Assembly: GCA_038326785.1 (NCBI GenBank)
Contig: JBBQKK010000001.1
Location: 19,813-83,812, forward strand
DNA: 64,000 nt
Direction of reading: 5' to 3'
Source: Candidatus Saccharimonadales bacterium
GTDB lineage: Bacteria > Patescibacteriota > Saccharimonadia > Saccharimonadales > JBBQKK01
A program made the translations under genes and the position numbers. Positions 53,092-63,300 of the stretch are shown one piece after another. The notes below the pieces were generated by a model. It was not told the DNA's origin. It was given only the letters and a program-made list of their open reading frames with translations, and searched no databases. Position 1 is the first letter of the stretch, and the number at the start of each line of letters is the position of its first letter.

Positions 53092-55179
53092 CTATTTAGC
53101 GTTCTTCGCAATAATTGCTTCTGCAACGTGACCAGGAACGTCAGCGTAGTGGTCAAGCTCCATGCTGGAACTTGCACGACCTTGCGTATTACTACGTAGA
53201 TTTGTTGTATAGCCGAACATTTCACCAAGTGGTACAAATGCGGTAATTTCTTTGATACCAGCAGTTAGGTCTTCCATTGATTCAATGCGACCGCGCTTAG
53301 AGTTCAAATCACCAATTACGTCACCCATGAATTCTTCGGGCGTTACAACAACCACTTTCATGACTGGCTCAAGCAGAACTGGATTAGCTCGCTTAACACC
53401 TTCCTGAAGTGCCATTGAACCGGCAATCTTAAAGGCCATTTCGTTGGAGTCAACGTCATGGTATGAACCATCGTATAGCTCAGCCTTGATGTCCACTACT
53501 GGATAGCCAGCAAGTACACCGCTGCTCATGGCTTCGATGATACCCTGCTCTACAGGCTTGATGTATTCACTCGGAACAACACCACCTTTAATAGCGTTGA
53601 TAAATTCGAAACCTTTACCAGCTTCATTCTGGCTAACACGAATCCATACGTCACCGTATTGTCCACGTCCACCAGACTGCTTGATAAATTTACCTTGTAC
53701 CTCAACACCGTCTTTACGAATAGTTTCACGGTACGCAACCTGAGGCGCACCAATGTTAGCTTCTACGTTAAATTCGCGTTTCATACGATCTACCAGGATT
53801 TCAAGGTGAAGCTCACCCATACCGGAAATAATGGTCTGTCCAGTTTCATCGTCAACACGGACGCGGAACGTTGGATCTTCTTCTGCCAAACGCTGCAAGG
53901 CGATTGACATCTTTTCTTGGTCGGCCTTAGTCTTAGGCTCGATAGCAATCGACACAGGTGGCTCTGGGAACACGATGGTTTCAAGTACGATAGGATTCGT
54001 TTGGTCAGAAAGTGTATGGCCTGTTGTTGTGCCCTTAAGGCCTACAATCGCAGCAATATCGCCGGCGCCAACTTCTGTAACGTCCGTGCGCTTATCTGCC
54101 TGAAGACGAACAATACGTCCGACGCGTTCTTTTTCGCCAGTAGAGCTGTTGAGGATATAGGAACCAGCCGTTACTTTACCGGAATATACACGGAAGTATG
54201 CCAGCTTACCGACAAATGGGTCAGTAGTAATTTTAAATGCTAGTGCTGAGAATGGGTCAGATTCGCTAGGCTTGCGCTCAATTTTGTCACCAGTCTTAGG
54301 GTGAGTACCCCAGGTAGAGCCAACATCAAGCGGGCTTGGCAAGTAATCGTTTACCATGTCGAGGACTTTTTCGACGATAACACCACGACCATCTCCACCG
54401 GTTACGGCAAAGAATTTACCAGAAAGAACCGCAGAGCGAATAGCTTGCTTTACTTCGTCAACAGATAGGCCTTCCTCGCCTACTTCAAAGTACTTATCAA
54501 GCATTTCTTCATCTTCTGCAACCGCGTTTTCGATAAGCAGGCTTCGGTATTTCTTAACCTGATCCATCATGTCGGCTGGAATTTCTGATTCGATCAATGC
54601 TTTGTCGGTAAAGTTTTCGTAGGTATAAGCCTTCATTTCGACCAGGTCAACAATACCGTTGATAGCTTGCTCAAAACCAATTGGCAGATGCACAGGAAAT
54701 GCGCGCTTGCTCAAACGGTTATGAATAGAGTCGAGGGACTTATAGAAGTCTCCACCAGTTTGGTTGATCTTGTTAATGAAGCAGATGCGGGGCACGCCGT
54801 ACTTGTCGGCCTGACGCCAAACAGTTTCTGACTGAGATTCCACACCCATTTTTCCGTCGAATACTACACATGCACCATCTAACACGCGGAGTGAGCGCTC
54901 AACTTCAACTGTAAAGTCAATGTGACCTGGGGTATCAATGATGTTAATCTGATTACCCTTCCAAAAACATGTTACAGAGGCAGCGACGATAGTAATACCG
55001 CGCTCGCGTTCTTGCGCCATCCAGTCTGTGGTTGTTTCACCTTCGTGTACGGCACCGATTTTGTGGTTAAGGCCCGTGCGGTACAAAATACCTTCCGTAG
55101 TGGTAGTCTTACCGGCATCAATATGCGCGATAATACCCAAGTTACGGATATTCTTCATCTCAGTTTTCTTCTCTGCCAT
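53092..55179 (-). CDS. fusA: elongation factor G
   Basis: I prefer ATG 55179 ([29 protein letters not shown]), preceded by [16 protein letters not shown] and NKID motifs. Confidence 0.96.
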   Translation of the reverse strand: MAEKKTEMKNIRNLGIIAHIDAGKTTTTEGILYRTGLNHKIGAVHEGETTTDWMAQERERGITIVAASVTCFWKGNQINIIDTPGHIDFTVEVERSLRVLDGACVVFDGKMGVESQSETVWRQADKYGVPRICFINKINQTGGDFYKSLDSIHNRLSKRAFPVHLPIGFEQAINGIVDLVEMKAYTYENFTDKALIESEIPADMMDQVKKYRSLLIENAVAEDEEMLDKYFEVGEEGLSVDEVKQAIRSAVLSGKFFAVTGGDGRGVIVEKVLDMVNDYLPSPLDVGSTWGTHPKTGDKIERKPSESDPFSALAFKITTDPFVGKLAYFRVYSGKVTAGSYILNSSTGEKERVGRIVRLQADKRTDVTEVGAGDIAAIVGLKGTTTGHTLSDQTNPIVLETIVFPEPPVSIAIEPKTKADQEKMSIALQRLAEEDPTFRVRVDDETGQTIISGMGELHLEILVDRMKREFNVEANIGAPQVAYRETIRKDGVEVQGKFIKQSGGRGQYGDVWIRVSQNEAGKGFEFINAIKGGVVPSEYIKPVEQGIIEAMSSGVLAGYPVVDIKAELYDGSYHDVDSNEMAFKIAGSMALQEGVKRANPVLLEPVMKVVVVTPEEFMGDVIGDLNSKRGRIESMEDLTAGIKEITAFVPLGEMFGYTTNLRSNTQGRASSSMELDHYADVPGHVAEAIIAKNAK

Positions 55180-55241
55180 AAATGATCTTCCTCTTAAACC
55201 CACCCCTCAAAAAGGTACAGGTGACTTAAATATTCGTAATT

Positions 55242-55724
55242 CTAGTAACGTGCGAAGTGGGCGAAGGCACGGTTGGCTTCTGCCATCTTGTGCGTGTCTT
55301 CCTTCTTTTTAACTGCGGTACCAGTGTTGTTATAAGCATCCATAAGCTCAAGAGCTATACGGTCTTCCATGCTCATACCTTTTCGAGAGCGAGCAGCAGC
55401 TACAAACCACATCATAGTGAGGTGACTTTGGCGCTGGCCTTTAACTTCAAAAGGAATTTGGTAGTTAGCACCACCAACACGACGAGAACGAGTCTCCATG
55501 TGCGGCTGAACATTCTTCATAGCTTGGTCAAAAACTTCTACTGGATTCTGAACGTTTAGCTTATCGGCTGCTTTTTGCATGCCGTTGTATACAAGTCGTT
55601 CAGCAAGCTGCTTCTTACCGTTGAGCATAACTCGGTTAATAAGACGCTGTACCATCACGCTGTTATAAATGCGATCTGGGTTGATTGTTCGGACAAGTGA
55701 TTTTGTTACTTTTCTAGGCATCAT
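55242..55724 (-). CDS. rpsG: 30S ribosomal protein S7
   Basis: 160 aa: MMPRKVTKSLVRTINPDRIYNSVMVQRLINRVMLNGKK, preceded by GAAGGAGG. Confidence 0.95.
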   Translation of the reverse strand: MMPRKVTKSLVRTINPDRIYNSVMVQRLINRVMLNGKKQLAERLVYNGMQKAADKLNVQNPVEVFDQAMKNVQPHMETRSRRVGGANYQIPFEVKGQRQSHLTMMWFVAAARSRKGMSMEDRIALELMDAYNNTGTAVKKKEDTHKMAEANRAFAHFARY

Positions 55725-55884
55725 AGCCTCCTTCTACTGACAACTGCGCCGCTACTTGTACCTGAACAGTCTCAAGCATAACCTTACGGCACAAGGCGCC
55801 AAATGATGTATCTAATGTGTTTTCGTCAATTTCAAAACCTTCAGCGGCAAGACGCATAAGGTGTGTAGTATCACCGATAATCAT
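55714..55884 (-). CDS. unannotated 56-codon ORF filling the rpsL-rpsG spacer (hypothetical)
   Basis: Own translation: [56 protein letters not shown]. Its ATG overlaps the rpsL stop (TAATG), and its TAG overlaps rpsG codons 3-4. It falls below the 60-aa track cutoff. Confidence 0.4.
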   Translation of the reverse strand: MIIGDTTHLMRLAAEGFEIDENTLDTSFGALCRKVMLETVQVQVAAQLSVEGGYDA

Positions 55885-56297
55885 TACTTGCTCTCCTTCT
55901 TCGCACCATACTTAGAACGACCTTGTTTGCGGTTCTGTACACCCTGCAAGTCAAGAGCGCCACGAACAATATGGTAGCGCACACCTGGAAGATCTTTTAC
56001 ACGTCCACCACGGATCATTACGACTGCGTGTTCTTGTAGGTTGTGGCCTTCACCGCCGATGTATGCCCATACTTCATAGCCATTTCCAAGGCGCACACGT
56101 GCAACCTTACGAAGGGCAGAGTTAGGCTTCTTTGGTGTCTTGGTTGTAACCTTGACACACACACCGCGTTTGAAAGGAGCTGACTTTTCGTAGCTCTTTG
56201 TCTTGAGGTTGTTAACGACGCGTTGCAATGCAGGTGACTTGCTTTTGCTTGTCACGCGTACACGTGGCTTGCGTACTAACTGATTAATTGTTGGCAT
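55884..56297 (-). CDS. rpsL: 30S ribosomal protein S12
   Basis: 137 aa: [24 protein letters not shown]...[10 protein letters not shown]. Confidence 0.97.
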   Translation of the reverse strand: MPTINQLVRKPRVRVTSKSKSPALQRVVNNLKTKSYEKSAPFKRGVCVKVTTKTPKKPNSALRKVARVRLGNGYEVWAYIGGEGHNLQEHAVVMIRGGRVKDLPGVRYHIVRGALDLQGVQNRKQGRSKYGAKKESK

Positions 56298-56478
56298 TTA
56301 TTCTCCTTTGAGATGGGATCTACTGCGGCAGCCGCATGCCTACGACTGGCTCAGACCCCTTAACGCTTCGCTCATGAGAGGGGAATATCCCTCTCATCGC
56401 GCTGGGCGGCAAATGAATTGCCGGCTCAGGCTGCTCTCCCCTGATTCCAGGAAAGGAACGATACTTATTAACTTGTGA

Positions 56479-56507
56479 ACTTTAACAGATTTTGAAACTA
56501 TTTACAA
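56479..56507 (-). promoter_or_regulatory. sigma-70-type promoter for rpsL
   Basis: Minus strand reads TTGTAA (56507-56502), a 17-nt spacer, then TAAAGT (56484-56479), directly after the rpoC stop. This gives a leader of about 175 nt. Confidence 0.45.
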
Positions 56508-59500
56508 CTAAAGGTCTTCACCGATGATATCTTCGTCGGCTACTTCCTCTACTGCATTTGGATCTTTCCAGCCAGTTCCGACAGGAATTGGTCGACCTAA
56601 GATCACGTTTTCCTTCAAGCCATATAGCTTGTCGATCTTACCACTAGTTGCAGCAGCAATCAGCACACGGGTTGTGTCCTGGAATGATGCAGCACTCAAG
56701 AATGAGTCAGTTGATAGGCTGGCCTTGGTAATACCAAGCAATAGCTGGGTGTACTTAGCAGGCTGTCGTCCTTCGAGTACTAGCTGTTCGTTTGCTTCTA
56801 CTACTGCTAGCTTGGATACGATGTCGCCTGTAACGAATTCTGTTTCACCGACTTCTTCAATCTGCACGCGGCTGAACATCTGACGCACGATGATTTCAAG
56901 GTGCTTGTCTGCAATGTTCTGGCCCTGTGAAGCAAAGATACGAAGAATGTCGTTCATGATATAGCGCTGAGTAGCTTCTACACCTTGCAAGCGCATAAGC
57001 TCGTGCAAGTTGATAGAACCGTTTGTTAGTCGCTGACCAGCAACGATAACGTCACCGTCTTTAACTACCACTTGCTTGAATCCTGGGATTTCATAGCGGA
57101 CAGTGCTCTTGCTGGTAGGTACGATGATGATCGCATCTTTTACTATCTCAGCTTTACCTGCCATAGGAGCAATTAGTGGATCTGCGCCTTCGTCATTTTG
57201 CGCAAGTACGTCGCCGATAGCGACTTCAGAACCAGATGCGAACTGTGGGGTGCGTCCTTCGATTAGAAGTTCGACCTTGTCTTTATCATCGGCTGTTACT
57301 TGCACGACGTAATGGTCGCCTTCTTCCCATACAGATACGGAACCGGCAATATCAGAAATATATGCCTGACCCTTAGGTGTACGGACCTCAAACAACTCTT
57401 CTACACGAGGTAGACCTGAGGTGATGTCATCACCGGCTACACCACCGGAGTGGAAAGTCTTCAGCGTAAGCTGTGTACCAGGCTCACCGATACTTTGTGC
57501 AGCAATAACGCCCACAGGATGGTGATCTGCTACAACCTGACCGGTAGCTGGATCGATACCGTATGATTTGCGGTTTACGCCATGAACAGAAGTACATGAA
57601 AGCACTGACATGATCTTGACGCCGTCAAGACTTGCATCAGCATCAATAGTTGCAGCGATTTCCTCAGTTATGAGATCACCGCGCTTGAGCAGTCCCTTAA
57701 CTTCTTCTGCAGCGAAACGTCCTCGCAAACGTGAAGCGTATGGAACACCGATTTCATCAGAGTCAGAACGATACATCGCAAAACCTGGATCTTCGGTTTC
57801 ACCTTCAATGGTGAATACATCCTGGGAAACGTCAACAAGTCGACGAGTAAGGTAGCCGGAGTCAGCTGTCTTAAGAGCGGTGTCGATCATACCCTTACGA
57901 GCACCACGGGTCGCTGTAAAGTACTCAAGCGGCGTTAAACCAGACTTATAGTTAGAACGAATCGGCAACTCAATTGCACGACCAGTGGCATCGGTTGTCA
58001 CACCGAGCATACCAACGGCAGTTTTAACCTGACCGATGTTACCACGAGCTCCAGATACTACAGCGATAGACATTGAGCTATCTTCCGTAGCAAACTGCTC
58101 AGCAAGTCGAGCCTGCACTTCTGCGTCTGTATCCATCCAAGTTTCAACGGTTAGTCGGTAGCGCTCTTCTTCAGTAATGAACCCTTGTTCGTACTGCGAG
58201 CTAATCTCAGCAGCTTTAGCTTCACCCTTATCAAGGATTTCATGGAGTCCCTTGATGTCGCTAAAGTCGGTCATACCCATTGAAAGGCCTGACTTAGTAG
58301 CATACTCAAAACCGATGTCTTTTAGATCATCTGCAATCAAAGCAGTCTTGTCCTGGCCATACTTTTGGTATGCCACTGCAAGCACTTGCTGCAAACGCTT
58401 CTTAGTCATTGGTTCATCCTGGAATGGGAAATCTTCCGGGAATATTTCGTTGAACAGTAATCGTCCAACTGTAGTCTCGCGAACTTCACCTCGGAAAGGT
58501 ACACGCACGCGGCCCTGCAACGTGATCATACCCGCATCGAGAGCCATGATAGCTTCGCTGATGCTAATGTACGATTTAACGTTACGTGTCTCGCCTCGGT
58601 CATATGTAAGGAAGAAACAGCCAAGAACGATATCTTGTTCGATGTGCAGAATTGGAGAACCATCTGCAGGCTTCAGCAAGTTTTTGTTGCTTGCCATGAT
58701 ATCACGAGCTTCAGCTTGCGCCTTGTCGCTCAATGGAAGGTGAACAGCCATTTGGTCACCATCGAAGTCAGCGTTAAAGCCCTTACAAACTAGTGGATGC
58801 AGCTGGATAGCCTTACCTTCGATCAATACGGGCTGGAAAGCCTGAATTGAAAGACGGTGAAGTGATGGAGCACGGTTGAGTAGTACGTACTTACCCTTAA
58901 TTACTTCATCTAATGCATCCCATACTGCGATTTCGCCCATTTCAATCATTCTGGTTGCAGAGCGAATGTTGTGTGCCAGTTCATTTGCAATCAAATGACC
59001 AATAACGAACGGCTTGAATAGTTCAAGCGCCATCATCTTAGGAAGTCCGCACTGACTGATCTTTAGCTCAGGTCCAGCGACGATTACAGAACGACCGGAG
59101 TAGTCCACGCGCTTTCCTAGCAAGTTCTGGCGGAAGCGTCCCTGCTTACCCTTGAGCATGTCAGACAAGCTCTTAAGGCGGCGGCGTTGACCGGTTGCGG
59201 CAACTGCACGACCACTGCGGGCGTTGTTGTTGTCAATCAATGCATCAACAGCTTCCTGAAGCATGCGCTGCTCGTTGCGACGAATTACTTCTGGCGCGTT
59301 GAGTTCGATAAGCTTCTTAAGGCGGTTGTTGCGGTTGATAACGCGTCGGTAAAGGTCGTTGAGGTCACTTGTTGCGAAACGGCCACCAGTAAGCTGTACC
59401 ATTGGGCGAAGATCCGGAGGGATAACTGGCAAGACAGATACACACATGCTACTTGGCTTGATGCCTGCACGCAGCATGCTTTCAAGCAAACGAAGTCGCT

Positions 59501-60323
59501 TCATAATCTTCTTCTTGCGTTGTCCCTTAGCTTCTTCTGCTTCAGCCATTAGGCTTGCAATGAGTTCTTCGAGGTTAATTTCGACGAGCATTTCCTTAAG
59601 AGCTGATCCACCCATACCTACTTCAATCAAATCTTGTAGGTCGTCAGGCAACATGCGGTAATCAGTTTCGGACATAAGTCGAAGCTTCTCAAGACTGTCG
59701 AGTTGGGTTTTGAGTTGTTCGAATTCTGCGGATACTTCATCCATTTCTTTGGTCTGCATTTCAGCCAAAGCCTTAACATTTGCATCTTCCTTGGCAGCCT
59801 CGGCTTCAAAACGAGCCTTGATTGCTTCTTTGGCAGCTGCAAACTCAGCTTCTTTGTCAGCACGAATTTGATCGCGCTTCTCTGTGTTAACAGATTTAAC
59901 AATGTAGCTAGCAAAATAAGCTACGCGCTCTAGGTTCTTGACCGTCATACCAAGTAGTAGGCCGATGGCAGATGGAGTTCCACGTAGGAACCAAATGTGC
60001 GCTACGGGCGATGCCAGGTTAATGTGGCCCATTCGTTCGCGACGGACGATAGATTTGGTGACTATTTCACCATTCTTGTCGACTGCTGCTTCACGAGAGC
60101 GCATACCCTTGTATTTAGCATCGTGCGGGTTGATGTCTTTAACTGGTCCAAAAATTCGCTCACAGAATAATCCGTCGCGCTCTGGTTTCTGGGTTCGGTA
60201 GTTAATGGTCTCTGGCTTCGTAACTTCGCCATAGCTCCAGTCCAAAATATCTTCTGGGCTAGCTACTGCTAAGCGTACTGCATTGAAGTCAGCTATATCT
60301 GTGCCGTGTGAATAACGTCGCAT
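56508..60323 (-). CDS. rpoC: DNA-directed RNA polymerase subunit beta-prime
   Basis: 1271 aa. NADFDGDQM active site, [26 protein letters not shown] and other universal blocks. Confidence 0.97.
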   Translation of the reverse strand: [1271 protein letters not shown]

Positions 60324-60325
60324 TC

Positions 60326-63300
60326 TTAGGCCTCCTCTTCTTCGTCATCAACACTAACGAGCGCTGTGTCGTCAATATCTTCGTTTGCTATTACCGTAGT
60401 TGCTGGGATGTTGTCGTCCATCTCCATTACTACAAAGTCATCTCCAGGAGTTTCCTGAGTCAGGTCAATATCTGAAATGCTTGGTGCAGGCACTTCAACT
60501 TCTGACAGATGCTCGGCTTCTTCTTTGATGTTTTCCGCTAGTACTTCTTCGGCATCAATTACTGCATCAGATGTTACGAGGTCAACCTTAAGGCCGAGTC
60601 CCTGTAACTCTTTAACAAGCACGTTGAAGCTTTCTGGAACTTTCGGTCCAACAATCTCCATCTGTTTGATGATAGATTCATATGCCTTAGAACGGCCATA
60701 AACGTCGTCAGACTTGATGGTTAGCATTTCCTGGAGAGTATTTGCAGCGCCATAAGCTTCAAGCGCCCATACTTCCATTTCTCCAAAGCGCTGACCACCG
60801 TTTTGCGCCTTACCACCAAGTGGTTGCTGCGTAACCATAGTGTATGGTCCGGTTGATCGTGCGTGGATCTTATCTGCAATCATGTGGTTTAGCTTGATCA
60901 TGTACATAGAGCCAACTGTTGTGCGCTCGGTATATGCTTCACCGGTGCGACCGTCAAACAACTGTTGCTTACCGTCATCCGGTAGACCTGCTTCTGTAAG
61001 TAGTTCGCGGATTTTTTCTGTAGAAACACCATTAAATGATGGACTAGCTACCTTCATGCCAAGGGCACGTGCAGCCATACCAAGGTGAGTTTCAAACAAC
61101 TGTCCAATGTTCATACGGGACGGGACGCCAAGTGGGTTCAAAATGATATCTACAGGCGTTCCATCTGCCATGAATGGCATGTCTTCTTGAGGCAATACAC
61201 GGGCGATAACACCCTTGTTTCCGTGTCGTCCACCAAGCTTGTCTCCAACAGAGATCTTTCGCATTTGAGCTACGAAAACTTGGATTTGCATGATGACACC
61301 AGCTTTAAGCTCGTGACCGTTAGCGCGGCTAAATACCTTAACGCCAACAACCTTACCGTGCTTACCGTTGCTCATGCGCTGCGAAGTATCGCGGACTTCC
61401 TTGGCTTTTTCGCCAAAGATCGCACGAAGCAATCGCTCTTCGCTGCTAAGCTCTTGTTCACCCTTAGGTGTGATTTTACCAACAAGGATATCGCCTGGAT
61501 GCACTTCTGCACCAATTCGTACGATTCCATCTTCGTCTAGGTGACGAAGGGCTTCTTCTGAAACGTTTGGAATATCGCGGGTAACAATTTCTGGACCTAG
61601 CTTTGTTTCGCGAACTTCAACCATGAAGTCAACGATATGAACTGAAGTAAGCGTGTCGTCTTCTACTAATTTGCGGCTAATGACAATCGCATCTTCAAAG
61701 TTGTAACCACTCCATGGCATGAATGCCACGAGCAAGTCCTTACCAAGTGCTAATTCACCGCCAGATACTGACATACCCTCTACGAGTGGATCACCTGCTT
61801 TAACCTTATCGCCGGTAGTAACAACTACCTTCTGGTTAATGCTGGTTCCTTCGTTAGATCGGATAAAGTGCTGCGGGTGGTATGTAGTAATGTTTTTGCC
61901 ATAAGCCACTTTAACTTCACTACCTTCGGCCTTCACAACTTCACCATCGCCTTCGGCAACAAGAAGCTGTCCGGTGTTGCGGGCTGCGGTATTTTCCATA
62001 CCAGTACCAACGATAGGTGAATTAGGTCGAACCAATGGAACGGCCTGGCGCTGCTGGTTACTACCCATAAGTGAGCGGTAAACGTAGTTCTTTTCGATGA
62101 AAGGAATGAGTCCGGCTGAAGAACCAATAATCTGCATGCGTGATGCATCAAGATGTGTTACTTCATCAGCGTCAACTTCTCCAGACTTCAAGTTACGTCG
62201 AACAGGTACACGAGCGTTAACAAAGTGTCCGTTTTCGTCAATTTCTTCACCGGCGCTCGCAATAGTTGCGTGCTCTTCTTCGGCTGCATCCATGAATACG
62301 ACGTCTCTTGTTATGACTGGCTTGATTGGCCAAGTAGCGCGCCCCTTAACAGTCGCGAGCTTCTTTGCCTGATCTTCAGTAATGACAGCGTCTTTTGCAA
62401 CTATTACTTTGCCTGCTTCGTCTTCAAAGTCAACTGCGGCAATATAACCTGCAGCTTCCTTAGGAGTAACAGCATTTAATACTTTTCGGTAAGGAGTTTC
62501 GATGAAACCGTAATCATTGATACGGGCATAAGATGCAAGGTTAAGTACAAGACCGATGTTGGCACCTTCTGGAGTTTCCACGGCACAAATACGGCCATAG
62601 TGAGTAGCATGAGCGTCACGTACTTCAAATCCAGCACGTTCACGGGAAAGTCCACCAGGCCCCATAGAACTTAGACGTCGCTTGTGGGCTAGCTCTGATA
62701 GCGGGTTAATCTGGTCCATGAACTGAGAAAGCTGAGAGCTTGCAAAGAATTCACGCACTGCCGCCACAATTGGACGAGCATTAATAAGCTGTGCAGGCGT
62801 AACAGTTTCGATCTCGGACATTGACATGCGATCCTTGGTGTTGCGTTCCATTCGAAGCAAACCAATGCGGAATTGCCGCTGTACGAGCTCTCCTACTAAT
62901 TTGACACGGCGATTAGCCAATGAGTCAATATCGTCAGCTGGCTCCTGTGTGTTGTTTAGGCGAATGATTTCCGCAATGATTGCCTGAAGATCCTCAAGTC
63001 GCATAACGCGGTTCTCGGTAGTGTTTGGAATATCAATATTAAGACGCTTGTTGATCTTGTAGCGACCAACGCGTGAAAAGTCGAAGCGCTTGAAGTTGTA
63101 GAACATGTTCTCAAGTAGTCCACGAGCGTTGTCTACGGTCGCGAGGTCGCCTGGGCGCAAACGTCGGTACACTTCAATCAATGCATCGTTAGTACCGCGA
63201 GTTGGGTCTTTTTCGATTGTCTGGTCGATGTAATTAGTCTTACCAGAGTCAACATGCTTGAAAGTTTCCTTCATCTGAGCTTCTGACATACCAAGCGCGC

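Noticed and set aside
56429-56451. SRP-RNA-like motif (CCUGGAAUCAGG..GAGAGCAGCC) in the rpsL leader.
   Set aside because: CAGG and AGCAGCC are present, but the short helix and GNRA tetraloop that must separate them in SRP domain IV are missing. Only 4 nt lie between them where about 10 are expected.
58177-58743. 188-aa + strand ORF inside rpoC. Similar long antisense ORFs occur at 61085-61540, 36699-37091, 53917-54243, 15760-16176 and 13471-13815.
   Set aside because: All lie antisense to strongly conserved genes and have Ser/Arg/Cys-rich, low-plausibility sequences without ribosome-binding sites. These are typical shadow ORFs.
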